Shown here piece after piece: positions 38,455-51,349 of a stretch of 64,000 nucleotides of DNA. How positions within the stretch are numbered: the stretch's first letter is position 1; each line of letters starts with the position of its first letter. The position numbers and the translations under genes were made by a program. Source of the stretch: Mobula hypostoma (taxonomy: Eukaryota). Location of the stretch: assembly GCF_963921235.1 (NCBI RefSeq), contig NC_086108.1:9114001-9178000 (forward strand). Reading direction: 5' to 3'. Under the pieces are notes generated by a model. It had not been told where the DNA came from and did not search any database. It saw only the letters and a program-made list of their open reading frames with translations.

Positions 38455-40084
38455 CACTGGCATGCAAAGGTTTGGGCACCCCTGGTCAAAATTTCCGTTA
38501 CTGTGAATAAATAGCTAAGCAAGAGTAAAAGATGAACTGATTTCCAAAAGGCATAAGGTTAAAGATGACACATTTCTTTAATATTTTAAGCAAGGAAATA
38601 AAAAAAGTTTTCATCTTTTACAGTTTCAAAATAACAAAAAAGGAAAAGGACACGAAGCAAAAGTTTGGGCACCCTGCATGGCAGTACTTAGTAACACCCC
38701 CTTTGGCAAGAATCACAGCTTGTAAATGCTTTCTGTAGCCAGCTAAGAATCTTTCAATTCTTGTTTGGTGGATTTTCTCCCATTCTTCCTTGCAAAAGGC
38801 TTCTAGTTCTGTGAGATTCTTGGGCCGTCTTGCATGCACTGCTCTTTTGAGGTCTATCCACAGATTCTCGATGATGTTTAGGTTGGGGGACTGTGAGGGC
38901 CGTGGCAAAACCTTCAGCTTGCACCTCTTGAGGTAGCCCATTGTGGATTTTGAGGTGTGTTTAGCATCATTATCCTGTTGTAGAAGCCATCCTCTTTTCA
39001 TCTTCAGCTTTTTTTTACAGACGGTGTGATGTTTGCTTCCAGAATTTGCTGGTATTTAATTGAATTCATTCTTCTCTCTACCAGTAAATGTTCCCCATGC
39101 CACAGGCTGCAACACAAGCCCAAAGCATGATTGATCCACCCCCGTGCTTAACAGTTGGAGAGGTGTTCTTTTCATGAAATTCTACACCCTTTTTTCTCCA
39201 GACATACCTTTGCTCATTGTGGCCAAAAAGTTCTATTTTAACTTCATCAGTCCACAGGACTTGTTTCCAAAATGCATCAGGCTTGTTTAGATGTTCCTTT
39301 AAACCTTTTGAATAGAACTTTTTGGCTGCAATGAGCAAAGGTATGTTTGGAGAAAAAAGGGTGCAGAATTTCATGAAAAGAATCCCTCTCCAACTGTTAA
39401 GCACAGGGGTGGATCGATCATGCTTTGGGCTTGTGTTGCAGCCAGTGGCACGGGGAACATTTCACTGGTAGAGGGAAGAATGAATTCAATTAAATACCAG
39501 CAAATTCTGGAAGCAAACATCACACTGTCTGTAAAAAAGCTGAAGATGAAAAGAGGATGGATTCTACAACAGGATAATGGTCCTAAACGCACCTCAAAAT
39601 CCACAATGGACTACCTCAAGAGACGCAAACTGAAGGTTTTGCCATGGCCCTCACTGTCCCCTGACCTAAACATCATCGAGAATCTGTGGATAGACCTCAA
39701 AAGAGCAGTGCATGCAAGACGGCCCAAGAATCTCACAGAACTAGAAGCCTTTTGCAAAGAAGAATGGGCGAAAATCCCCCAAACAAGAACTGAAAGACTC
39801 TTAGCTGGCTACCGAAAGCGTTTACAAGCTGTAATACTTGCCAAAGGGGGTGTTACTAAGTACTGACCGTGAAGGGTGCCCAAACTTTTGCTTCGTGTCC
39901 TTTTCCTTTTTTGTTATTTTGAAACTGTAAAAGATGGAAATAAAAAAGCAATCTTGCTTAAAATATTAAGAAATGTGTCATCTTTAACTTCATGCCTTTT
40001 GGAAATCAGTTCATCTTTTACTCACTTAGCTATTCACAGTAACAGAAACTTTGACTGGGGTGCCCAAACTTTTACATGCCACTG
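38455..40084. mobile_element. Fold-back Tc1 (IR/DR type) made of two inverted 3' halves
   Basis: Arms 38455-39238 and 39311-40084 are reverse complements; outer and inner DRs GCAAA.GTTTGGGCACCC near 38464 and 38657, mirrored at right; right end CACTG|TA. Confidence 0.9.
39311..39866 (+). pseudogene. Tc1 transposase C-terminal half (DD34E), lacking the DNA-binding domain and first Asp
   Basis: MLWACVA..QQDN-x34-NIIENLW..KGGVTKY*; the mirror copy on the minus strand (38687-39300) retains WTDE but is frameshifted. Confidence 0.9.
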
Positions 40085-40884
40085 TATGTGACTAAGACTT
40101 TTGCTCAGTACTGTAGGTTGACTTATGAGTAAGTTTGCAGATGAAAGGAACATTGATGGCATTGAAGATGGTAAGGGAGGCTGTCATAGATCTGTTGGAA
40201 TGTGAGCAGAGAAATGGCAGATGGAGTTTTATCCCAATAGTGTACGCTGTTGCTTCTTCTGTAAAAGTGTACAGTAAACATATAAGCTGCAATGTACAGA
40301 GGTGTTTTGGGGTGCACATTCATCACTCCCTGAAAATAGTAACAGAAGTAGAAAGGCCGGAAAAGAAGGCTTATGACGTTCATTGGTTGTGATATTGATA
40401 GAGCCGTACACGATGATAAAAGTGGCAGCCAGAGGGTTTTACCCAGGGCAGAAATGTCTAAAATGAGGGGGTATAATTTTAAGGTGGTTGGAGGGAAGTA
40501 TAGGGGAGATATAAAAAACAGACAGTAGTGGGTATATGGAACACCCTGACAGGGGCAGTGGTAGAGGCAGATACAGTAGGAACATTTAAGAATCTCTTAG
40601 ACAGGCACAGGGATAACAGAAAAATTGACGATTATGTACAGGTGAAGGGTTAGATTGACCTTCGTGTAGGTTCAAAGGTCAATACAACATGGGCCAAAGA
40701 GCCTGTACTGTGCTGTAACATTCTATGTTGTATATTGACCATTAAGATTGGGAAGTCAAGTTGCAGCTGCCTAAACTTTGCTTAAGCCACATGCAAGGTA
40801 AGTTTATTTGGTTGTCTCAGATGCTGGAAGAATGGTGGGTGCCTGGAACATATTGCTGGGGGCGGGGGGAGATGGGGGGGTGCG

Positions 40885-41275
40885 TGGAGGAGGGTGACGT
40901 AAGGCGCTCCTTCCCTCTGCTAACCTGCAGGTCACCCTTGGGCAATGTGCATCACCTGCTTAGACCCCTTCCCCCTATACCGTATCAGGGCCACATGAAG
41001 CCATGGAAGCAGGTGGTGGATGGTCGTAGGAGCAGGTGGTGCAGATCACAAGTCCTGGTTATGTGACCACTGACGCCAGGCAGACAATCTCTGAAGAGTA
41101 TTGATAATGGCCGGGGTCACCCGTCTTGTAAAGACACTGCCCAGAAGGCAGCAATGGCAAACCACTTCTGTGGAAAAATTTGCTAAGAACAATCATGGTT
41201 ATAGAAAGAGAACAGAATAAGCAGATGGAAAAGATCCTGATCACCCATGTCATATAACATGGCACACAATGATGA
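40885..41275 (+). mobile_element. RTE-derived non-autonomous element, family B
   Basis: Family core with AATGGCAAACCACTTCTG and tail GGCACACAATGATGAC. Confidence 0.75.
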
Positions 41276-41544
41276 CATTTCGTGAACACAGATAAAAACA
41301 CCTCAAAACCTCCCGACTCAAGAGATGAACCGAAATAGACTGAGAGCTCTACCTCCACATTCGGAAGAAAACCACTTTGGCATAGTCCTTTTCGTGGCCA
41401 GATAAACACCTCAAGGTACTTTGACAGACAAACATTGATGCTGAGTCATGAAAGGCTGTAGCAAGACTAGAATGCTGGCTTTATGGAGATTTTTGGAAGT
41501 GGATTTCAGAGTAAGCTGTAAGTTTTATTAACAAAGTATACACA

Positions 41545-42105
41545 TAGAACATAGAAGAGTACAGCACAGGAACAGGCCATTCAGCACACAATGTTGTGCC
41601 AAACCAACTAAAAAAGCAAATCAAAAACACCCAAACACTAATCCCTCCTACCTACACAATGTCCATATCCCTCCATCTTCCTCATATCCATATGTCTATC
41701 TAAATGTCTTTTAAAAGCCTCTAATGTATTTGCCTCTGCCACCATACCAGGCATCTACCACTCCCAGAGTAAAAAAACTTACCCCTCACATCCCCCTTCA
41801 ACCTACCCCCTTCTCACGTTCAATGCATGCCCTCTAGTATTAGACATTTCAACCCTGGGAAACAGATACTCCCTGTCCACTCTATCTGTGCCTCTCATAA
41901 TCTTACAAACCTCTATCAGATTGCCCGCTCGCTTAGCATCCGGTACTCCAGAGAAAACAGCCAAAGGTTATCCAGCCTCTCGTGATAGCAGCTTCCCTCT
42001 AAACCAGGCAGCGTCCTGGTAAACCTCTTCTGCACCCTCTCCGAACCCTCAACATCCTTCCTATAGTGGGGTGACCAGATCAGTATGCAATACTCCAGAT
42101 GAGCC
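41545..42105 (-). mobile_element. CR1 LINE 3' fragment
   Basis: HLEYCILIWSPHYRKDVEGSERVQKRFTRTLPGL. Confidence 0.85.
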
Positions 42106-42119
42106 ACTCCTCTTGTACT

Positions 42120-42760
42120 TTTGTGTGCGTTGCTCTGGATTGTTACCGCATACAACCCTGAGATTCACTTTCCTGTGGGCATACTCAATAAATCTAGAGA
42201 ATAGTAACTCTAACAGGATCAATGAAGGATCAACCAGAGTGCAGAAGGCAACAAACTGTGCAACTGGAAATATCAATAAATAGCAATAAAGAACAAGAAC
42301 TTGAGATGAGGAGATAAAGAGTCCTTAAAGTGAGATCATTGGTTGTGGGAACATCTCAGTGATGGAGAAGCGAGTGTAGTCATCCCATTTTATTCAAGAG
42401 CATTTTGGTTGACGGGTAGTAACTGTTCCTGAATCTGGTAGCGTGAATTCTGAGATTTTTGTACTTTCTACCTGATGGCAGCAACAAGAAGAGAGCATGT
42501 CCTGGGTGGTGAGGATCTCTGATGATGGATGCTGCTTTCCAATGACAGCGTTCCATGGAGGTGTGCCCAATGGTTGGGGGGGCTTTACCCGTGATGAACC
42601 TGGCCAAATCCACTGACTTTTTGTAGGATTTTCCATTCAAAGGCATTGGTGCTTCCATACCAGGCTGTGATGCAGCCAGTCAATACACTGTCAATTACAC
42701 ATCTATAGAAGTTTGACAAAGTTTTAGATGGCATGCTGAATTTCTGCAGACTCCTAGGGA
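42120..42760 (-). mobile_element. Rex1/Babar LINE 3' fragment
   Basis: KTLSNFYRCVIDSVLTGCITAWYG; KAASIIRDPHHPGHALF. Confidence 0.85.
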
Positions 42761-44057
42761 AGTACTTTCTTCTGAGCAAGGCTCAGGACCGAGCAAGGAT
42801 CCGTTGGAAAGAGAGAGCTGTATTCAGGGCTGAGTGACGGACTAGAGAAAAGAGTCACTGTGTTATGATTAAGTAGCGTCAATGGAGAGGGTTTTATTTC
42901 ACGAGTCTTTACATGACACAAACTTAATGAAGTTTCTCGGCCCGAAACATTGATCTTCATTCCTTTTCACAGATGCTGACCGATCTGCTGAGTTCTTCCA
43001 GCATTTTGAGCGTTGCTTTAGACTTCCAGCATCTGCGGAACCTAGAGTTTATCAATTTGAATAAGCTGCTTTCTCTCCACCCAAGAGGGTAGGCGAAGGG
43101 GCATCACAAGCTCCTGATCTTTCATCTGTGGGGCTGGGATGGGAGTCAAAAACCCACTCCACAGGCAAAACGTTTCCCTCACCTGCAGTGAGGGCACAAC
43201 TCACAATAACCCTGAAATTCCAGACAAAAGTCATGCAAAGGGAAAGGGGAGGCTCTCTTTAAAAAAAAGACAGTGCATTGCTGTAAGCTGGGTCACACTG
43301 CACAGATGGGTGACAGTAACTTTGATAAAAGTTATGAGATACATACAGGGAAAAGAATAGTTTGTAGGACTAACTCTGGATGAACTACCTTCTCAGCACT
43401 GAGCACATTTATTCATCTTATTCCGAGTTCAGTGGTGATATGCACCTAGAACGGTTTACCTTCGACGTATGCACTGCTCCTTACTGACCAAGGAATGCCC
43501 CAGAAGTTCACAATGCCAAGGTTCTTTGCAAACCCCCTTTTAACAGCATGATTCAGCAGGCAGCAATCTCACTGAGTCAGAAGTCTGTGGGTTTGAGAGT
43601 CACTCTGGAGACGAGGAATACAAGCTGTACTGGCACTCCCTGAAGCACTGTGTGGTTGCACCTGAACAGTTCAGACTTAAAGGGACATCCCCTTTTCCCA
43701 ACCACAGTTCCCACACTCAGTCCACAGTGGAGACTCATATCAAAATCAGGTTCATCATCACTCACATACATTATGAAATGTTTTTTTTTCCCCACCCCAC
43801 AGCAGCAGTACAATGCAATACATAAAACTACTACAGCACTGTACAGAAGTCTTAAGCACCCAGGCTGCTTCTAGAGTACACGCCTAAGCACTTCATACTT
43901 TATTGTCTCGCAATATACTGCTGCCGCAAAACAAGAAGTTTTATGACACATGTCGGTGATAATAAACCTGATTCTCAAATGTGGTCTAACCAATGCCTGA
44001 AAAAGTTTCAGAATTACATCACTGCTTTTACTGATCACAGTTTGGCTGCTGTCTTCA

Positions 44058-44640
44058 AGTTTATTGCCATTTAACTATATAAATGTACACCATCAAACGA
44101 GACAACGTTTCTCTGGACCAGGGTGTAAAGCACGGTAGTACACAGCACACAATAACTTAGGAAAGTAATTAAATCTGCAAATGAATCACACAAAGTAAAG
44201 TGCATAAATTAAATATTGCAGGCTACAGTACAAATTATCCCGTGACATTTCGAAAGTGACGCAGCAGGGAGTCCAGGCGCCTAACGGCCTGAGGGAAGAA
44301 GCTGTTTCCCATCCTGACCGTTCTTGTCTTTATGCATCGGAGTCTCCTGCCTGGTGGCAGAGTCAGAGGATGCTGGATGGGTGGGTGGGATCCATGATAA
44401 TACCAAGGGCCCTGATAAACATTCCTGATGAATGGTAGGGAGAGCCCTATGATCCTCTCAGCCACTCTCACATTCCTTTGTAGGGACTTCCGGTCCGATG
44501 CTCGGCTGTCCAGACCAGACGGAGATGCAGCTTGTCAGGGCTCTGTCAACGGTGCTCTGGCAAAATTCAGACAAGGTGGAAGGGGAGGTCTCGCTTGTCC
44601 CATCTCCTCAGGAAGTGGAGGTACTGTTGTACCTTCTTAA
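44058..44640 (-). mobile_element. Rex1/Babar LINE 3' fragment
   Basis: RVAERIIGLSLP..PGRRLRCIKTRTVRMGNSFFPQAVR. Confidence 0.8.
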
Positions 44641-45696
44641 AGTTCAAAGTACATAAATGTCACGTTTCACAACCCTGAGATTTGTATTCTTGTGGATATT
44701 CACGGTAAATACAAAGAAACACAATAGAATCAATGATAGACCACACCCAAGGCGGTCAAACAACTTGTGCAGAGACACTGTGCAAATACAAAAAGAAAAA
44801 GAATAATAAATAAATAAGCAATAAATATCGAGAACGAGGTAAAGAGCTGCCATTTTGCCACAGACCACATTTCAACGGATCTCACTGGTGTGGAAAACTT
44901 TGGGATGTTGCCGTTTTGGGGAAGACACTTCAGGAAAAATAAACCTTCCACCCACTAGCTGTCCATGTGTCAACATTTACCCAAAGAGAGTTCTTCACTT
45001 TCCCACTGCCTGACCCAGACCAGCCCTCTCTCAGCTCCTTGCAAGACCAGGAGCTTCACATTTTTTACATTCTGTGGTTAAATATTTTGAGGAGGAAGTG
45101 GGGGGGGGGGCAGGGGAGGGGGGTGTTGTCTGCCGAGAACTTGGACCTGGGCAAGATCCTCACAGAGCAACAGATCTCGTTACAGGATCTGAACACCCCA
45201 GGGAGCCGGGAGGGAGGGGGGGGCTCACGCTGCCTGCCAAAATCACGCTAAGCATCTCGGACGCAGATTAAATGCCAGAAAGGGAAGTGGTGTAGAACTT
45301 GATCGCAACTAGGAAGCCCCGTTAAAAATTCGTGACTCAGCCTGGCACCGCTCTGAAATGGCAGCTGGCTCCTCCAGGAATACGCAGAGACTGCTGTCAA
45401 TAAACCTCATTCTTGGCTGCAAGAACAGTTTATAATCCTGTCACCGGCAATTCTTCCGAAGAGAGAAAAAGAAAGCAGAGTGTGTTGTCTGAACATCAAA
45501 TGATTCACCTTCAGCATTTCCCTGGAGGAAATTCAGAAGGCTGGAGCAAGATATCGCCCATCAGCCAATTTGATGCGAACAGAATAAACGACAAGAAACC
45601 AAGAGCTGATGGCAGTGAACACAAAGCTCCTGAACTGGTCGCTGGAAGTCAGACGGACAGCTGAGACTCAAGGAGGAGTTACAGGTTTGCGGCTGA

Positions 45697-46470
45697 TAGA
45701 GTCATAGAAAAGTACAGCACAGGAATAGGCCCTTCAGCCCATCTAGACCATACCAAACCATTTAAAAGGCATACTCACATTGACCTGCACCAGGACCTCC
45801 CCAAACTTCTCTTAAATGTTGAAATCAAGCTTGCATGCACCGCATGTGCTAGCAGCTCGTTCCACACTCTTACGACCTTCTGAGTGAAGATGCTTCCCCT
45901 CAATTTCCCCTTGAACGTTTCACCTTTCACCCTTAACCAATGAACTCTGATTGTAGTCCCACCCAACCTCACTGGAAAAAGCCTGCTTGCATTTACTCTA
46001 TCTCCTCGTAATTTTGTATATCTCAATCAAATCTTCTCTCAAACTATGTTCCAAGGAATAAAGTCCTAACCTGTTCAATCTTTCCTGATAACTCAGATCC
46101 TCCAGACTCAGCAACATCCTTGTGAATTTTCTCTTTATTCTTCCATTCTTATTTACATCTTTTCTGCAGGTAGGTGACCAAAACTGCACACAATACTCAA
46201 AATTAGGTCTCACTAGTCTCCTATACAACTTCAACATCGCATCTCCTGTACTCAATACATTGATTTATGAAGGCAAATGTGCCAAAAGCTTTCTTTATGA
46301 TCCTATCTACCTGTGATGCCACTTTCAATGAATTATGTACCTGTATTCCCAGAGCTCTTTGATCTACTGCACTCCTCACTACCCTAAAAGGCCTACCCCG
46401 GTTTGTCCTATCAAAAATTCAACCCCTCATACTTGTCTACAATAAGTTCCACCTGCCCATTTCTCAGTCC
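45697..46470 (-). mobile_element. CR1 LINE 3' fragment
   Basis: LKLYRRLVRPNFEYCVQFWSP..ERLNRLGLYSLE. Confidence 0.85.
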
Positions 46471-46574
46471 ACTGATGTTGAAGGAGGGTCTGTGCTCTCT
46501 CTCCTTCCCCTGGACAGGACAGCACTCGGTAGTGAGGGGACAGCCTGACATCAGCATTACTCAATACTACCATT

Positions 46575-47885
46575 AGGGAGGGGGTACAGGAGCCTGAAGA
46601 CACACACTCAACCTTTTAGGAACAATTTCTTCCCCTCTGCCGTCAGATTTCTGAATGGTACCTGACTATTTTTCTATGAGATGCTGCAGAAGGTTGTGAG
46701 CTCAGCCTGCTCCATCACGGGTACCAGCCTCCTGAGTATCAAGGACATCTTCGAAAGGCAATACCTCAAAAAGGCACCATCCAGCATTAAGGACTTCACC
46801 CCCTCTCACCCAGGACATGACCCCCTCTCATTGCTACCCATCAGGGACGAGGTACAGCCTGAAGGCACAAACTCTTCGATTCTGGAACAACTTCTTCCCC
46901 TCTGCCATCCGATTTCTGAATGGTACCTCAATACTTTTGCACATGACAGGAAAGCATGACAGTAAGACACAACACATGATGATGATGAGGAACAAGCTGA
47001 AGATGGTTGTAGACACAGTCAGCTCCATCATGGGCACTAGGACATCTTCAAAAGACAGTGCCTCAAAGAGCTGGTATCCATTATCAAGAATGCCCATCAC
47101 CCAGGACATGCCCTCTTCTCACAGCTGCCATCAAGGTGGTGGCACAGAAGCCTGAAGACACATACTCAACGATTCAGGAACAGCTTCTTCCCCTCTGCCA
47201 TCCCATTTCTGAATGGACAATAAACCCTCGAACACCACCTCACTACTTTTTCATTTGTTTCTCACTTTTTGCACTAGATGTTTAATTCAAATTAAAATAT
47301 ATATTTTTTAATTGTAATTTATAGGTTTTTATTATGTATTGCACTGTACTGAAGACACACACTCAATGTTTTAGGAACAGTTTCTTCCCCTTCACCAACA
47401 GACTTCTGAATAGTCTATGAACACTAACTCACTGTTCTTGTCCTCTTTTTGAATTAAATGAGTAAGGCAATATATAATTCTAACTGTAATTTATAGTATT
47501 TTCGTTGTGCTGTACTGCTGTCGCAAAATAAATTTCACGCTATATATCAGGTTTAGAATCACCAGCATTGTGTTGTGAAATCTGTGAACTTTGCAGCAGC
47601 AGCACAAAGCAATACATGATAACAATATATATTTTAAAAAACATGAGTTACTATATATATTTCAATAATTAGTGCAAAAATAGAAATAGAAAAGTAGTGT
47701 GGTAGTGTTCATGAGTTCAATGTCCATTCAGAAATCGGATGGCAGAGGGGAAGAAGCTGTTCCTGAATCATTGAGTGTGTGTCTTCGGGCTCCTGTACCT
47801 CCTCCCTGATGGTAGCAATGGGAAGAGGGCACGTCCTGGGTGATGGGGTCCTTAATGATGGATGTCGCCTTTGAGGCATCGTTCT
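46575..47885. mobile_element. Cluster of Rex1/Babar 3' ends (about four plus, one minus)
   Basis: Repeated gaagacacacactca..ggaacagcttcttcccctctgcc motif near 46597, 46861, 47154 and 47351; inverted copy at 47548-47885. Confidence 0.75.
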
Positions 47886-48167
47886 TTAATATATCAATGA
47901 AATGTTCTGATTCTGACTAGACAGTGGAGCTGGGGAGGTGTAAACTGGTGATAAAGATTCAGCCTGGGATGTACACCAGAGGAGTTCTCCTCTCCCACAA
48001 GCTTGTGGACCTCTGCAGCAGACACAGCCCCAGGGACCAGAGGGTTGTTGCACACTGTGCACTGGGTAGGTGTGGAGGATATAGGAACTCAGCTGCCTCA
48101 CAGGTCCGGAGATCTGGGTTCATTTCCAGGTTCCGGTGTCACTGGGTTTACACATTCCCAAGTGTGA

Positions 48168-48725
48168 GAGCTACTAATTTTCACAGATGCACCGTAGAAA
48201 GCATTCTTCTGGGGTACATCACAACCTGGTATGGAAGCTGTCCTGTCCAAGACCGGAAGTAGCTGCAGAAGATCGTGAACACGGCGCAGCACATCACACA
48301 AACCAATCTTCCATCCTCGGACTCACTTTACACCGCACGCTGTCGTAGCAGTGCTGCCAGGATAATCAAGGACACGACCCACCCAGACAACACACTCTTC
48401 GTCCCTTTTCCCTCCGGGAGAAGGCTCAGGAGCTTGAAGACTCATACGGCCAGATTTGGGAACAGCTTCTTTCCAACTGTGATAAGACTGCTGAAAGGAT
48501 ACTGACCCGGATCTGGGCCGTACCCTCCAAATATCCGGACCTGCCTCTCGGTTTTTTTGCACTACCTTACTTTCCATTTTCTATTTATGATTTATAATTT
48601 AAATTTTTAATATTTACTATCGATTTGTAATCCAGGGAGCACGAAGAGCAGAATCAAATATCGCTGTGATGATTGTACGCTCTAGTATCAATTGTTTGGT
48701 GACAATGAAGTATAAAAGTATAAAG
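48168..48725 (+). mobile_element. Rex1/Babar LINE 3' fragment (young subfamily)
   Basis: NFHRCTVESILLGYITTWYGSC..AARIIKDTTHP..PSGRRLRSLK; AAAGTAT-repeat tail. Confidence 0.85.
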
Positions 48726-50005
48726 TATACTTTCGAGTGCTTCTGATGTCCTGCCACATCCCAAAGATGTGAGGGGCCATAGATTAATTGGCCACCGTAA
48801 GTTGCCCCTTGTCTGTCTGTGTGGGAGGCACCAGGGAGGGGAGGGGGAGGGGGGAGAAAGAGTGTGTACGCGTCTGCCTGTCTGAGAGAAAGGTGGGCAG
48901 GGGGTTGTGTGGGGGGAGTTGATGAGAATAAAAAGAAACGAGTATAGAATTAGTATGAACAGGTGCTTCATGTTTGACACGCACTTTGTTTACCAAAGAA
49001 CTTGTTCCTGTGTTAAACGTCTGTGGTAAATGACCGATTTCACACATTCACCACCCACCCACAAACTGACCAAGGCTTGTCCTATGTGGAGTGTTTAATG
49101 GCTCTGGGCCTGTACTCACTGGAATTCAGAAGAATGAGGGGTGACCTCATTGAGACCTATCGCATGTTGTAAGGCCTCAATAGAGTGGATGTGGAGAGAA
49201 TGTTTGCTATGGTGGGGAAAGTCTAAGACCAGAAGGTGCAGCCTCAGAATAGTCGGACGGAGATGAGGAAGAATTTCTTTAACTAGAACATGGTGAATTT
49301 GTGGAATTCACTGCCAAAGGTGGCTGTGGAGGCCAAGTCATTGGGTATACTTAAGGCAGAGGCTGACAGATTCTTGATTAGTCAGGACGTGAAGGGATAC
49401 GGAGAGAAAGCAGGAGATTGGGGCTGAAAGGAGAAATGGATCAGGCCTGATGAAATGGCAGAGCAGACTCGATGGGCCAACTGACCTAATTCTCATCCTG
49501 TCTTACGGAATGGGGTTAGTAAGTTCTGGGCACGCTATGTTGGTGCTGGAAGGATGGCAACACCTGCACCTACCCCCAGCACATCCTCGGACTGTCTTGG
49601 TCATTGACACAAATGGTGCATTTCACTCTATGTCTGCATGTACATATTATAAATAAAGCTGCTCTCTCCTCCTGACTGATTGAGACTTGGGAAAATGCAC
49701 CTTCACAAAACATAATCACCCTGAGGTCCACATTATTCCTTGGAGGATAGTAGGAGAGTGAGGGGCAATCTTGTAGAGCTGTATGAAATCATGAGGGGTA
49801 TAAATAGGGAGGGAATGTGCACTCTCCTTCCCTGTGGTTGGAGAATCAAGAACCAGAGGGCACAGGTTTATGGTGAGAGGGGAAGCTGAAGGGCAGCTTT
49901 TTCCACCCTTCTCTATCAATGGAATGAGCAGCCAAAAGGGTTGAGGCAGGTATATTAACATTTGAAAGGCACTTATATAGGTACAATGATAGGAAAGGTT
50001 TACAG

Positions 50006-50086
50006 CAGGGGGCTCCCAACCTGGAATCCACAGACCCCTCAATTAATGGTATTGTTCCATGGCATTAAAAAGGTTGGGAACCCCTG
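50006..50086. mobile_element. 81-bp hAT-type mini-MITE inside a CR1 3' end (about 49740-50180)
   Basis: TIRs CAGGGGGCTCCCAACC / GGTTGGGAACCCCTG. Confidence 0.8.
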
Positions 50087-50733
50087 GTTTAGCAGGTAAT
50101 TGGGACTAGTTTAGATGGGAACTTGAACTGGCGTGGACCAGCTGGGATGAAGGACCTCCTTCTATCTTGTGTGACTCTGGTCATCGACCAGACTGCATCA
50201 GGTGAGCAGTTAGAGCTCGAAGGGCATCACTCAGGGAACAGGAAGTGGATAGACAGCCTTCCCAGCCTCCGGTCTCCCTTCAACGAGTTCTAAACTGTTC
50301 TGGGACTCATCCGCAAACCCACCCCTTACCCGTATTGCCAGATCCACAGGAGTCCGTCAATGAAAATTTACATGTTAACAGCAGTCACAATCTCAATCAC
50401 CACAGGCAGAGCAGAATTCCAAGGTTTTCTCACCAACCCCCACCAAGTGAGGGAATGTTTTCTCAACTTCACTCCTGTAGGCTGGCTTGAAATGTTACAC
50501 TCTGGCCCGAAACCCAGACTCCCCAGAGTGGATTGTAATCAGTCTCCCCTCGGTATCACACAAAAACCAGGAGCAGGAGCCAGCTGTCTGGCCCGTTGAG
50601 CAGATGTGGACCCTATTCTACATCTTAAGTTCCTATGCCTCATTTGTATCATCCTTAATTGGGATTTAACCTTAAAAGCCCTAGTAACGTTCTGGTTAAT
50701 TCCCACGGCACTTCCTTGGAGCCCAATCAGCCC

Positions 50734-50910
50734 ACCACCCACCTGACCTGCAACCGGTAACCGGGTGGTCACCAGGATTTCTAACCCAGCCACGAGACCA
50801 CCCACCTGACCTGCAACCGGTAACCGGGTGGTCACCAGAATTTCTAACCCAGACACGAGACCACACTCGTGTCCTGCAACAGTTGCCAGCTGGTCACCAG
50901 GATTTCTAAC
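50734..50910. repeat. 63-bp tandem repeat, about 2.8 copies
   Basis: CCTGCAAC at 50747, 50810 and 50873; first two units nearly identical. Confidence 0.9.
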
Positions 50911-51349
50911 ACTGCGGCAAAATGGAGGGGGAGGGGGAGGGGAGAGAACGAGATCAAGTTCAAAAGTTGAAGAGGAGTCCAGAAGTCACAGCCCAATGGC
51001 CAGAGGCTGGGTCTGCAAATCTCTACAAGACCATGGGGAGGTGTGCTGGTGGCTAAAGACGACGACCTGTCCTGGGGTTAGAACTACGTACGTGTGTGGG
51101 AGGGAGGGAGGGAGGAATGGGGCTTGTTTAGCAACTTTTGTTTTATTTATTGAGATACAGCACAGAAAAGGCCTTTCCAGCTTTTTGAGCCAGGCCACTT
51201 AGCAATTTCCCAATTTAATGCTGGCCTAATCACAGGACAATTTACAATGACCAATTAACCTACCAACCGGTATGTTTTTGGACTGTGGAATGAACCCCAT
51301 GCAGTCATGGGGAGAACGTACAAACTCCTGACAGTTTGTGGTGGTGGGA

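Larger units (their letters stand above)
37968..40113. mobile_element. Tc1-type composite MITE hosting the fold-back Tc1 in its right hairpin
   Basis: Core matches 16364-16884; right hairpin split into CAGTACTGTGGAAAAGTCTTA (38411) and CTAAGACTTTTGCTCAGTACTG|TA (40092-40113). Confidence 0.7.
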
